A stretch of 64,000 bases of DNA from Flaccisagitta enflata (lineage: Eukaryota). Every line of letters begins with the position of its first letter. The stretch's first letter is position 1. Of this stretch, positions 1 to 14,921 are shown in pieces. The notes beneath the pieces are model-generated. The model had not been told where the DNA came from, searched no databases, and saw only the letters and a list, made by a program, of their open reading frames with translations. Location of the stretch: NCBI GenBank assembly GCA_965153355.1, contig OZ231126.1, positions 36,084,001 to 36,148,000 of the forward strand. The letters run 5' to 3'. The position numbers and the translations under genes were made by a program.

Positions 1-429
1 TCCCTTATTCTTTACTCACCAAAACTTTTACTATTTTTTCTTCTTCTTTTTCTTCCTCCTACTCCTCAAATTTTTCCTCTTCTTCTCCTTTTTTTTCAGT
101 CACTTAGACTCACACAATTTCCTCTTCCTCTTCCTTTTCTTTATCCTTTACCCACTTTCACTTTCACTTAATCCTTATCTTCTTTTTTTTTTTCTTCTTC
201 TTATTTATCACTTTTACTTATTCTATTCTTAGAATCTTGAATGCTTATTCATCTTACTGATTTTTCTTTTACTCCCCCTTGATTTTTTCATTACTATTTC
301 TTATATTATTGCATTGTATTGTATAGTGAAAATTACAAAATTGGTTACATATATTGGGAAAACCAAATACACAAGAATTTCTTAATCCTATTACCTTATA
401 CAATTGCTCAAGCCTGATAATGTGTATAA

Positions 430-580
430 GTGGAAGCGGAAGCTTTCAAAGCTTCCGCTTCCGCTTCCACTGTATCTGCTTCCGCTTCCACTTCCGCTTC
501 CATTGAATTTTCAATTTCCGCTTCCGCTTCCACTTCCGCTTCCACCAAATTTTTAAAACCTTCCCGCTTCCTTCAGCTTC
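430..580. repeat. GCTTCC/GGAAGC hexamer repeats with an inverted junction, probable subterminal DNA-transposon repeats, next to the N gap (596-605)
   Basis: gtggaagcggaagc-tttcaaa-gcttccgcttccgcttccac. Confidence 0.5.
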
Positions 581-1297
581 AGCAATGCAGCCAACNNNNN
601 NNNNNCAAAGCACTAAGAATACTATAAGATACTTTCGTAAAGACACTCATTTTGTATGTCAGTGTATCTGTCTCTGAATACTTCACCCAGAGAAACCATG
701 AAATACGAGCATTCCTCTAGCTTTCCTTGAGACACAGTGTTTCACCTTTGATTACAATTTATGTTTCATGATGAGCAAACATCTTGCTATGCGGCCACCA
801 GTGAGCCCAGAGTTTTCTACGAGCCTAAATAACTAAATCTAAAAAAAATAGTTTCATCAACAACTAAATTACTCCGGGTTTGATTACGGTAAACTCACAA
901 AATTGAGCTTGCTAGAATACGACCAAATCACTGTTATCTGAAGACAATTCGAAGCTCTTTAATTTGCTCATGGATATCAAGTAAATTTGACAATTCTGAA
1001 TTGCGTTAAAAACGTTGAGACAAAACTAATAACAGAAAAAAAGACCGTATTTGCCCTTTTTCCAATCGGTGATATTTTTCTTCAAACTTATGCTAACTCT
1101 AAACAAATAAAGCTAGGAATGCCAGACACGACTCGAATAAAAGATCTTTCAAAGGGCTTTATAGACATCACCAATATCAATCCATTTTTCTTACGTTATA
1201 ACGCGTTATGGTTTAAAACGGTTTTAAAAATCCGCCATTTTTTATTTCCCCATGGTTGGTACACAAATATGACTAGAAGACCCAAATACTTACTCCT

Positions 1298-1353
<56 letters not shown>

Positions 1354-2853
1354 ATAGGCTTTGAAATCCATCCCACGGCGTCGGGAACGAAACCGTTAAA
1401 AAATGTCAGACTGCAATGACACAGGAGAAAAGTCTTTTTGGTCATTAAATTGTCAGTTATAAGCCGAATTAAAATTGGGAACTGAAATATAGAAATCAAA
1501 GCTTAAGAATATAAAAATAAACGTTTTATATATTTTTATATCGAAATTAGGGTGTCAGCTTCAAGCTGTTCAAAAAATATCTGAAAAGTGTGGCAATAGT
1601 TGCTATAATAATGCTTTTACCTAGTTGGTGAATTCAGAGGGTTATCTCATAGATAAAAACTAAAAAAGCTATTTCAAACTATAAATAAGGGAGTACGAGA
1701 TTTCTCAGCCAATTTTTATAATTACTTATTTAAAATTCTTGAAGGCTATGAAAAGTGTAGAAACATTATTGAGATACACATGCTGGAATATAATCCAGTT
1801 AGTTTTAAGAAATATTTGATAGTTAAGAGCTTAGAAATAACAAAAAATAACAAAGAATAGTCATTTTACAACAGGTTTTGGTATTTTTTTATTTTGATTA
1901 TTAGAAAATCACTCTGAACAAACTGAAGTAGGTAAAAGCATTAGAGTATAACAAACATATGTGAAAATTATCTTTTCTACATACTTTTAGAAGTATACTA
2001 GATAAATTTTAATCTAAATATGGCCAAAATGCCTTTTTACTATTATTTGATATCAATTCCTATATTTCCAAATGATTTTTAATTTTTGCCACATGGGTGC
2101 AGTATTAATAAGCACACCTAGGTCAGAAGTGTGGCTGACCACAGACCTATGGTTGTTCACAGACACCGCTGTCCATTATCAGTCCATCTGTTGGTCAACC
2201 GTTGGTCATTGTCCATTTGTCAATGGTCCGTCAGTCAGTGAAATGCAAAAAGTAACGCATTTTTGTGCGGTGTGTGCGTGTGAGGTGTGGAGGGCGGGTT
2301 TCTAGGCCACCCATCACCAACAATATTGTGTTTATGTCCTTGTTTTATATCTAGGGTCAGTTATAGCGGGTTTAACTGTATTTCTAACAGGTTAAGCGGC
2401 AGACCTACAGTCAAATTGAAGAGAAACCAGAGACGGAGAGACAACTTTCTATTGGTGTATGAGGCTGTATAAAAAGATACTTCTTAGTTCTTATCATATC
2501 TAATTTGCAAGAATAACTCACCCGATACAGATTTCGGCCCAGGGAAAGACCTGAATGAGAACATAAACATTTGTAAAAGCATTTTTGAATATTTCAAACA
2601 TTGCATCTTTATACCCCCATTGTCCAAATGATTCTTGTTTTTTACCTTTGTGGCAATTTTTTAGTTGTTCAAGGCATAGCTTTTCTTGCCCACGGTTTCT
2701 GCGTTAGCGCGATTCAATTCACATAGAGGCGTTGCAATAAAAACCTGTTGCAATCGAATATCACATAGAAGCAGCAACTTTTTGGTTACGTCAATTGATG
2801 TGTTAGTTTATCAGAACATCGGACTGTTGTCCAAATTTTTTGTCTATCTGTCC

Positions 2854-2913
<60 letters not shown>

Positions 2914-2914
2914 A

Positions 2915-2976
<62 letters not shown>

Positions 2977-3022
2977 GTGTCTCTCGTTTGTCATCTGTCT
3001 GTCTGTGCATAATATATATATA

Positions 3023-3082
<60 letters not shown>

Positions 3083-6000
3083 CTTGCATTTGTAGCATCA
3101 GCGTTGGTCTGACATTATCACCAGCGCATTCACGTCCATCAGTTTATTTGTTCAAATAAATGAAATCTTGCTTTATATCCAGTATCAAATGAAAAATACT
3201 CCGACGAAAGAGAAAATCAAGAAAAGGAAGAAAAAAACTTGAGCTAATAAGGAACTGTTAGGAGGAAGAAATGTCAGCATCAGATGATTTTACACCAACA
3301 TTTTATGTTCGGTCCACTTGTGAATCATGAAAAATTGTCAATAAGCAGTGGATCGTGGGCTGGGTTGATTTCATTACTTGTGTCACACCAATTATTGCAA
3401 TACATTTCCTGATTTTAGTCTCAATGTGTACGGAACAAAAAAGTAGAAAATAAAAATTGACCCCAGCCCTACAAGGGTATGAAACTTTTTTCATCTCTTA
3501 AGTCAAGGGGTGACTCACCTTTTTATCAAAAAAAATTTTTCTAGTAGGGCTCGACCTGAAAGACGAGGTTTATCCCGGGCTGTCAGTAAAGTGACGACTT
3601 TGCCGCTTTAGGGCAGTATAATAGGCCCTCTCAAGGTCTCCCTGTAAAAAAATCTCACGATCGATAGGCCTTCTTAAATCGCCCGTGGGCGACATTGATA
3701 AGAAACTACGCCTTTAAGCAAGCGTATGTAGCCCACACAGATGAATTGATATGGTCCCTCTTTTAAAGCGTGAACTGTGAAGTTTAACCCCATTAAAGTC
3801 ACCAGAAGCCAAATGATCAAATTCAAATAACTAAGAAACCTGACGTCATAGTCACCCGAAAAAGACTAAAAGGCACTGTAGATAAAAGGATAGAATGACC
3901 AAAGAAACACACATGGTCAGTGGTAGCTTTGCCCTGCTCACCAGAATTAGTATCAGGGCTGTAGTAGGGTAGGGGCCTCAAAAGGCCATTGTTTTATAGC
4001 GCATAAAAGTTTCTTACACTGAGAATCCCAGTCCAAAAGCCCCAAATCTTAGCGCAAAATCGGCATCAAACCCAGATGGAATGGAATGGAAAGACCAACA
4101 GACTCAAGGCAATTCATTCCTTCTGCCCAAAAAGATGGTTGAATTTGCAAGTAAAGCTATATTAAGCAAATTGAAAAACAGAACGTTGAGGATGCCGAGG
4201 AAAGTGCTTTCTGATCAAAAAGAATTATTACCTTTCCCATTCTTCTTTATCAAGCCTCCTTATGATATGGAACTGAAAGCTAAGTGGCAATTGGTTCAAA
4301 TGTATGCTGAAAGCCAAAAAGCATTTTCAGCCATTCTTTGCATAACCCGCGTCATTCTTACCTCTGGTTGTTTTAAAAGGCTCATTTCACACACTGGCGG
4401 GCACAAGATATGAATCATGTTCATATTCTGTTTAAGACAGTGTGACATCAGTGTTACATTATTTTTCGCCCACCGATTCGGTAAAGCGGTCTGAAAAAAT
4501 ACTCTATGACCTCTGATACTCTGTCCAAAATTTTTTTTCTGGTAGCGCCTTCCCAAATTCATAATGTCCGTGGCCACCAGTCCACCTGTCCACCAGTCCA
4601 CCAGTCCACCACTTCCGCCAGTTCATGAGTCCATAAATCCACTAGTCCACAAAGCCATTTTCTCTCGTGACTTCATCAGGACCTGAAAATTTCCAGGGTA
4701 ATGTTTTTTTTCCATTGTTTACTGCACTTTGTTACTATCTCTTTTATTACTTTATTTCCTTATCCTTCTTCTTCTTCTTCTTTTTGGGCAGCGGCCCCGA
4801 AGGGGGCAAAGTCCTGTAGGACACAGGGGGACTTTCATTCATCCATTCGTCCATTTGTCTGTTTGTCTGTTTGTCTGTTTGTTTGTTTGTTTGTTTGTTT
4901 GTTTGTTCCCCCCTTGTGGGCCTCAATTGAGGTCTTTCAAGCCCAAAATCAGACTTCTCAGGCCTCAAATCTGGCCTCTCAAGCCTCGAATTGAGCCTAT
5001 CAGGCCTCAAATTTGGCCTCTCAGGCTTTAGATCTGGCCTCTCAAGCCTTAAATTGGGCTTCATATCTACCTTTCAGGCTCAGGCCTATAATCCACACTC
5101 TCAGGCCTCAAATCAACCCTATCAGGCTTCAAATCAGCCCTCTCACGCCCTCTCGAGCCTCAAATCAGGCCTTACAAGCCTCTCAGGCCCCTAATCAGGC
5201 CTCTCAGGCCTCAAATCCAAATTATCAGGCTTTTGGTTTGCCTTTCAGACCTCAAATCTGCCAACTCAGGCTTGAAATCAGCCCTCTCAGCCTTCAGATC
5301 ACCCCAGCCAACTTCATCAGCCCTTAAACAAGCGTTCAGACTATCAAACGCCCTCAATCGGCCTTCTTTAGTGCCTCAACTATCTGAAGCAGGACAAACG
5401 AAAGTCCCACTGTGTTCTACAGGACCTTGTCCCCTTCGGGGCTGCTGCCCTGCTTCCCCTCTCTCAAATTCGCAGTCATGCAAAGCAGGGCAACGGGTAT
5501 CGCTAACCACATATTGCCCTTGGGCGACTGGTTCTTTTTAGTCGCGGACACACACAACTATATAATCTGCTATATCGGTTGGTCCATCCAGCCATCTGTC
5601 AGTCGGTTGGTAACACTTTGCTTTTTTGGCGTTTTTAGCGTTTTAGCGTTTTGTCCCTGCCTTGCTGCTTACTTTTTCATCTTTTTTTTCTTTTCCTCTT
5701 CTTTTTCTTCTTCTTCCTTTTCTTCTTGTCCTTCTCTTTCTTTTTCTTTTTCTTTTTCTTTTTCTTTTTCTTTTTCTTTTTCTTTTTCTTTTTCTTTTTC
5801 TTTTTCTTCTTCTTCTTCCTCTGCTTCTTTTTCTTCTTTTCTTCTTTTTCAAAAACACACGTCATTTCTTAAGAAACAAGGCCTGATACTCGGCTCCTTC
5901 GGTCGCTTGTGGGTGGGTAAGGCCGTAAGGGCAGTGATTGAAGTCAATACGGGCAGGACTCCGGTTGGAGAAAATCTCAATTGAAAGGGTTTTGAAAAAA

Positions 6001-6814
6001 AAATGAGACCCATCACAGATTTTTGCACAGGGGAACTAGAAAGCCTGTAGAATCCAATTCTGTCATTCATTTTGACCTCAACTGAGCAAAAAAATCAGAA
6101 ATGGTTTTTTTGTATAAAAAATTGAGTTTTTTGCCATTAAAACACTAATTTTTCAATATTTTTTGCTGATTCGATTTTTAGTGTATTTACACGATTTTTG
6201 CTAATTTTGAAAGTTTGCACTTTGATCTCATTCGCATATTGCGGTTTTGCGTTTTTCACCTGTAACATGTATGCTTTCTTAAGTACATCAATGAAATTCA
6301 CACTGACAGCATATCTTACCCTAAGAAACTGTTCCAAAATATCAGTTTTTTGATTTTTTAATTTTTGGGTCATTTCTTCATATTTGAGGATTTTAATGCT
6401 ATTTTTGAGCCTCTTAGACCTAAACAAAATTGTTCCAGGTTAACTAAAATATCAATTGCTATTGGTACTTGAAGTTTCTGTAAAAAAAAATCCAAAATGT
6501 TTCATTCTATACTAATTTTTTTATGAAAAATAGCTTTCTTTGGCACAAAAATATGTTTCAAATTTTTTTGGCTCAAGTTAGGTCAAAATGGATATCAGAA
6601 TTTTGTTCTACAGCCTTTATAGGTCCCCTGAGCAAAATTCTGGGATGGGTCCTTTTTTTTTTTTTTTTTTTTAAGCTTTCTGCAAGTGGGATTCCTGTCC
6701 GAATAGAGCGTTTGGGCAAGAGCAATGCGGCTATAGACCACACACACAAAAAAAAAGAAATAATAATGTTTTACAAACCGACCAACTGAGGGACCAACAA
6801 AGCGAGGTGTCGAG

Positions 6815-6921
6815 AAATTACAAATTACAAATTACAAATTACAAATTACAAATTTCAAATTTCAAATTTCAAATTTCAAATTTCAAATTTCAAATTTCAA
6901 ATTACAAATTACAAATTACAA
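6815..6921 (+). repeat. (AAATTAC)n heptamer array (copy at ~60141-60233)
   Basis: Read directly; copy 1 has an internal block of AAATTTC variants. Confidence 0.95.
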
Positions 6922-7068
6922 TATCGAAGAAACCGGCAGTTTTGTTTTCCTTTTCTGGACAGGCGAGAGATAATGAAGGGGTTTAAGTGTACACTTCAGT
7001 AAAGAAGCACTCAGACGTGGTTAGAATCTTCTTCTCGCATGCTTTTATTAGGCCACAAAATGTGGTAG

Positions 7069-8025
7069 CTACAACTTTCTTAAGAATTTGTACAAGGAAA
7101 CTGCGCCAATGACCGTCATTTCTATCAAGGTTACCCAAGAAGGGTCCACATAATCAAGCCACTCAACCTTTTCCGCATAATTTTCTATACAAATATCGGC
7201 CTCGGAAAGTTCGATTTCGACATTTTCCATAAAGTGTTGTTTATAACATCGATGCATTTCTACCCCATGAACGCTGAGGATCACTCTATCAACGAGGTTG
7301 ACGATAGATAAAAGTAGTTGAGACGTGACCAGGGCCACGGCGATGGAACAAAGGTAAATGTTGCGCATTTTGAGCCTTGGGCACGCCCTGGACACGAACT
7401 TGTTACTTTCAAAAATAGAATGAATGACATGGACGCCGGAAAAACAACAGTAGAAAGTGGAGGCGCAACTGATTATGGACTCAATCGGTTGTAAAGGATA
7501 CACGACGTAAATGACGCTCTCTGCAACATTGGAATACACGAAAAGTACCGCTTCCGATACCTTGCACATGGTAACGAACAGCAGGCATAGCATAACTTTT
7601 TTAACTATATTGTTCTTACCATCTCCCTTCTCAAAATCACAGGTGCATTTGTACAATAAGTTCAAGAACACCACGGAAATGATTTGAAGTATGACTAAAA
7701 GTATCGAATCGATTTTTTCGAAAAAACCTGTGATGATGAAATAGACGAAATAAAATGGATCTATACGCGAAGCGACGATTCGCAGGGAGCTTCTTAAAAC
7801 GAGCGCGATAGTCTTGGCCCGATACGTGTTGCGAATGTTACCCTTGCAGCTGATTTCGATGATGATCCAACCGCAAATTGCTAGAACGAGGGTGACAATG
7901 TCCATTGGCAAATGATATGTTTCGTTCACGTCAAAGCTAAGTCCGGTGTAATAAAAGGTGTCATTTCCGCGAACAGAAAAGTTAGACGTGTCATAGTAGT
8001 AATGATACAACGCATATTCTTCCAT
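7069..8025 (-). CDS. Intronless multi-pass membrane protein (~318 aa), predicted 7TM receptor-like orphan, copy 1
   Basis: Stop-free ORF in AT-rich DNA. First ATG is at 8025 (the track starts at an upstream TTG). Three N-terminal sequons (NFS, NDT, NET) precede about seven hydrophobic segments. AATAAA lies ~20 nt after the stop (7044-7049, minus). The frame is preserved in the second copy. Confidence 0.8.
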   Translation of the reverse strand: MEEYALYHYYYDTSNFSVRGNDTFYYTGLSFDVNETYHLPMDIVTLVLAICGWIIIEISCKGNIRNTYRAKTIALVLRSSLRIVASRIDPFYFVYFIITGFFEKIDSILLVILQIISVVFLNLLYKCTCDFEKGDGKNNIVKKVMLCLLFVTMCKVSEAVLFVYSNVAESVIYVVYPLQPIESIISCASTFYCCFSGVHVIHSIFESNKFVSRACPRLKMRNIYLCSIAVALVTSQLLLSIVNLVDRVILSVHGVEMHRCYKQHFMENVEIELSEADICIENYAEKVEWLDYVDPSWVTLIEMTVIGAVSLYKFLRKL

Positions 8026-8085
8026 TATCAAAAAGGGATTCCGCCAAATCTGTTTGATAAAGTTGAGATGCCTAGACAGATATGA

Positions 8086-8126
<41 letters not shown>

Positions 8127-8722
8127 AATTGTTTGTTGGTCAGTCTGTTGGTCCAAAACTCGATGCTTTCCAGCCATTATGACATTCTTACCTGATGCCT
8201 ATGCACAATGTTATGGTATTCGGGGCTATAGGAGAATCAGTTTGTTTGTTTGTTCTTTTTTTTTCAACTGATTTTGCTCATTAAATTTCTCTGGTGAAAT
8301 GTCGTCTTTGATTGCAGCGTCTTTTGGAGTGCTGATTCCACTTTGACGGTTTATCCCGAAGAGGATAGTAAAGTATACAATGAACAACGAAGTGAAAAAA
8401 AAAAATCCTTACCCGCAAAGACAGACTTTAGAAGGCTGCTTCTCTAATGCGGTTAAACAGATATCGGAAACTCCTATTTTAAAAGAAAAAGCTCTCTGCC
8501 AATCTTGCAATTTTGACTTTCCTCTTCTTAGTAGATTTTCTTAAAGTGATTTTGTCAATTTTTCAATATTTCCATATTGATTTTCAAAAAAATTATCCTT
8601 CAAAGCAAGGATTTTCATGTTTGAAATGGAAAACACCGTTTCGCCATAGCCCATCGTTCATTCCGACAAAAAATGTCTTTTTTGAAGGACGATTTCCCAA
8701 TCATTTAATCTTTTATCACTAA

Positions 8723-9627
<905 letters not shown>

Positions 9628-10741
9628 TTTTATCACTAAATCTTTTTTCTCATGATAAGACCTGAATTTTGAACATTTTAAATCACTTACCAAGCGAAAC
9701 TTAAGAAAATGTGTCCTTACATATGTAGGCCCATCATTCACCAACCCTACCCATGGGGGAAGACGTACAACGATGGTTGCCTTGGTGAACCCCATATTCA
9801 CTACCTTCTGGGTCCTAATTTTTTTTCTTTTTGTTAGCTTTTTTTTTTCATCTTTCGAGAAGATGCAAAAAACCCCCATCATAGTTGTCAGGATTGATGT
9901 GCTGATTTGGAAAAATTCTAATGAGCTCAACATGGCAATTATTAATGTATTTCAAATCTAACAACACTTGCTAGAGAAAATAAACAAAGGAAAAGTTATC
10001 GATTATCTGCGATAAGATGCATCAAAAGCGAATGATAAAGCATCCAGAAACGAGGCGTGCATGTGGGTATAAGCAGGGAGGTAGGAACCATATGATTCAA
10101 TGAGCAGGGGAAGATTAGTGAAAAACATTAGACATTAACTAATGAAATCAGGAAAACGAATGAATAACTATTGGACAGCCCCCAGGAATGAAGGAAACGT
10201 CCAGGCGGGCAATTCGATGCGTCATCTGCGTAATATCAGATGAGGCGTAACAGACCGACGGACGGATGGACGGACGGACGGACGGACAGACCCTCTTATA
10301 GAGATGCGATGTCGCATCTAAAAAGACGGATAAAAGCCGATATAACCCTCTGTAATATCAGTACATATCATAACCCAAGCTATCAGTGACTAATGACATA
10401 TCAGAAGACATCAATGACAAGAGACCAAAGAAGGGGGAGAGACGGGTATAATTGGGCAATGGTATAGCAACAAGCAACGGTATCCAATGACGTAACAGCT
10501 CAATGGAGAGGTAACTGTATCTACCTATCACAGGCTTCTGTCAGCAGCTCTTGGGCTTTCACTGGCTAATGTCAGCTGCCAGAGCTTCACACGAGGTCGG
10601 AAAAAGGTAAGACAAAAGGAGAGAAGGGCAAGGCCAAGGAGGATACGTCAAAGCCGGCTTAACAAATGTTTCTCAAAGCAAGAAGGCTGAACTACAAAGG
10701 TACAGTAAATTGATGACTTTATGCATAAATAGGTAGCAAAC

Positions 10742-10864
10742 TGAATATTGAATATTGAATACTGAATATTGAATATTGAATATTGAATATTGAATATTGA
10801 ATATTGAATATTGAATATTGAATATTGAATATTGAATATTGAATATTGAATATTGAATATTGAA
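10742..10864 (+). repeat. (TGAATAT)n heptamer array (shorter copy at ~63178-63252)
   Basis: Read directly. Confidence 0.95.
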
Positions 10865-12745
10865 AATCAAAATTTGAAAATCAAAAATATAATATTCAAA
10901 AATGATTAATCTATAATGGTGTTTCCAAAACATTCCATTTTCTCCCAATTCTATCAAAAAAGTGACTGATATGATAGACTTTACATGAAGTACCATGTAT
11001 TTACCATATGCTTAGTATTAAAAGTCGAGAAATGTGCTTTCCGATAAATGACTTTCATCTTTTTGATCCGACTTGACAAAACCATTTACTTGCGAGTTGC
11101 GACTTTGTAAACCGCCGGGTTGGTTAGGATTAGCAAAGAATGACCTAAGTTATCTGTTCGCCGATATGGATAGGTAAAATGTGTGAATGAAGGGTAGAAG
11201 CCCAGAAAAAAAATCCAATAACTCTCTGCGACTTGAAAGCATTCGCAGCAAGTTTTAAGAAAATAACCAAGAAATCAAAAGCCTTTTTTTACGGGAATTC
11301 AATTTGGAAAATATCCCTCTAAATTCTTTGTAAACTTTAGAGGCTAGCTGCGGATAGTTTTAGGTCGTAGATTTTTTTCCCAAGGCGAAGTGTCGGCCCA
11401 TATATATGTCCATATGTTCGTCCCTAAAAAAGCTCAATGATTTTTGTGCGTAAATGTTTTTTGAGAAACGCTGTTGTCCAACCGTGCGCAACAACGAGGG
11501 TTGTCTTAGTTAAGAGAAGCGTTGATGCTACGTAGCCAGTTGATCAAATGGCGGAAAAAGTTCTTGATTGCATGATACATTTGTTGCCACCCTTCGCAGA
11601 TCATGAGACGTGACTCAATTTGATCTGCACCATGGCTATTTTCTGAGCGGAAAGAACGTAACTTTTTTAACATAGTGAAAGGAAGGAAGGAAGGAAGGAA
11701 GGAAGGAAAGAAGGAAGGAAGGAAGGAAGGAAGGAAGGAAGGAAGGAAGGAAGGAAGGAAGGAAGGAAAAAGGGAGGAGGGAAGGGAGGACGGACGGAAA
11801 GGAGAAAGAAAAGAATGGGAGGAAAGGAAAGAAGGAGGGAAGGAACAAAGAATGAATGAAACAAAGAAAGAAAAGTAAAAAAAGACAGGAAGAAGCCGTG
11901 TAAAACTAGGCGCAAGCAACACGTGTTTTAAAGCGTTTGTGCACGCCAATAAAACTTGCATCAACGGGTATGTGCATGCATGTAACACGTGTACAGGCGC
12001 TTAAGAGTTTTGCGTGCGCCGTTGGATGAAAGACGACCTTTGGCGATCTCGGCTTGAGTGTAAAATCCTGTTCATCGCGCGAGTTCACGACACGTGTTAC
12101 ACCTCGCAGCCAGGACCAAAAACCAACTTCAAAACGTCAACTGGAAGAAAACAAATTGTTGTGGTAAAAACACAAAACTCAATACTGTCGACCATTTGGT
12201 TGGCTGTTTGGTTTTATGGTTTGTGTAGGTTGGTTAATGGTAGATGAATAAATAGGCGCAAGGACCGACTGACCAACCTTTCTGTTAATGGAAGCAAGGG
12301 CCTACACTAATGCCAAGCCAAAAATCGTGCTGTCAATGGGGGCATCTGGTGACACAGAATGTTTTCATCATACCTTATCACTCTGTCTCTAAATTTGATA
12401 CTTTTTTCTGCACTGTCATCTGATTTTGACCTTTATGAACTAACATTCGAACGCCACAAATCTACGAGAAATTCCCATCAGCTCATGAATATTTCCAAAG
12501 CTGTAGTTGCCATTGTTTTCTGCGTCATTTCCCTCTCTGTTTCCTCGCTTTGGTTCTTACATGTTCCTTTTTCTTCTTTATCAATTTCTTTTTTCTATCA
12601 TTTTTTTTTTTACCGAAAATTGCTTCTCTTCATCTCATATCAGTTCCTTAATTTTTTTTTTTCATGAATAGAATTATTAATATATTTTTCCATACAGTTT
12701 CACCCTTTTCTCTGTCTTTTTTTTTTCTTCTCTCTCTTTTTCTTC

Positions 12746-12823
<78 letters not shown>

Positions 12824-12944
12824 ATCTTTCTTTCTTTCCTTTTTTCTTCTTCCTCTTTTTCTTTATATCATTTTTTCTTTCTTTCTTTCTTTTTATCTTC
12901 TCCTCTTTTTCTTCATTTCATTTTTTCTTTCTTTTTTTCTTTTT

Positions 12945-13020
<76 letters not shown>

Positions 13021-13215
13021 CCCTCTTTTTCCTCCCCATTCATGTCGTAATCACGCGACAGGGGTTCCGGAATGAGCCGCTGCCGTCGGATTAGAAACGG
13101 TCTGACCGAAGGATGTTTCGAGGGATAGCGTGGGGCGAGCGAGACGTAAGGAAACGTCGTTCACAATCCGCATCGATCGTTAACAGCATTGCCTGCCTGC
13201 CTGTTGCCAGCGTGA

Positions 13216-13308
<93 letters not shown>

Positions 13309-13316
13309 GTTGTATT

Positions 13317-13387
<71 letters not shown>

Positions 13388-14109
13388 AAAGAGAGAGAGA
13401 AGAGATAGAGATAGAGAGATTTTTCTCGCAAATGGGGAAAAGACTAGACGTTAAAGATCGTTTTTGTCAAACCATTTACATTTTGCACGAATCAAAACTT
13501 TAAGATCTCGCATACTGCTAGAGGTATTTCGACTAACGGCTGTTGATTGACGGCGAGGCAACACAGATTCGTTGTGACTATGTTTGCAAACAACCCTAGT
13601 TTTATAACTTGCCTTAAAAACTAAGCTCTATTGTCTCCAATCCAGTTTTCCTCCTCCCTTCACCCATCTACCCTCAATCTTCGCCATTTTGCTAACCAGC
13701 TTCCAGCTCCACCACCTCCCCATCCACAATTCCACATAGTATACTTTCCACCTCGACCATCTGTCTGTAAACTTTCTTTTTAGTTGCGGACACGCAACTC
13801 TATAAGAGGCTTTGTCCATACGTCCGTCGGTCCGTCCGTCGGTCCGTCCGTCGGTCCGTCAGCACGAGTCGCAAAGTGGGAAAACGAGCATATCAACCCC
13901 TGCCCACCCGTCCGCAACTGGTGACCGTGTATCCGGCCTTGTTTTAGCCTCTTCCCGTCTCCAATGTCGCCCGTATACTCCTTTCACCTCCACCATCACC
14001 CGATCCACCCTCTACCTTCAGTTTCTCCCCATTCACCTTCCACTACCACCCTCTCCCCGTCCCTCTTTCACCTCCGCTTTCTCCTCCCACGGCGACCAGC
14101 AACAAATCA

Positions 14110-14278
14110 TAGGTCGAAAAAAATGGTCAATATTCCAGACCTGGGAAAAAGTTTTTTTTAATGTATTAGCTATTAATTTATGGCAAAAATAAAAAGATTG
14201 GCTTGGAAATATAGAATTAAAAGCTTAAAGATAGTAAAAATGAAACATCTTTATATATTTTTTATGAAAGTTGGACAA

Positions 14279-14316
<38 letters not shown>

Positions 14317-14921
14317 ATGTTAGAAATTAGGATTGTAGCTTCAAGCTGTTTGAAGAATATCAGAAAAGTGTGGCAATAGTTGCTGTTAAAATGCTTTTAC
14401 CTGTATTTTATAGATAAAAACTAAAAATATTATCTTAAACTATGAAATTGATTTTTTTTTCAGCCTATCTTCATAATTACTTCTTTGAAATTCTTGAAGA
14501 CTATGAAAAGTGTATAAATATTGTTAAAATACACATGCTGGAATATAATCCAGCTAGTTTTAAGGAATATTTGATAGATTTGAGCTTAGAAATAGCAAAA
14601 AATAACAAAAAATAGTCATTTTACAATAGTTCTGGGCATTTTTTTTTTAATTATAGGAAAATCACTCTAAACAAACTGAAGTAGGTAAAAACATTGGTGC
14701 AACCACTGTAGCCAAACTTTTTATTCATTCCTACATACTTTTAGAAGCCATGAAGACTATCTTTAATCCAAAATATGCTTAAAAATGCTTTTTTTTGCTA
14801 TTTTTTGACCATCAATTCTATGTTTGTAAGTAGATTTTTTTATTTTTACCATCAATTTGTAGCTAATGCATCAAAAAAGATATTTCCCCAGGTCAGGAGC
14901 TTGACCATTTTTTTAGACCTA
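14110..14921. mobile_element. MITE with TAGG termini; a related diverged copy lies at ~1420-2090
   Basis: TIRs taggtcgaaaaaaatggtcaa / ttgaccatttttttagaccta. The body matches ~1480-2080. No TSD seen. Confidence 0.65.

Noticed and set aside
4081-4601. Overlapping ~100-aa ORFs duplicated at 57185-57745
   Set aside because: A 7-bp indel between the copies breaks the frames, and no domain is recognisable.
11506-13454. Poly-SL, poly-RE, FLPS and similar ORFs here and throughout the window
   Set aside because: Microsatellite translations.
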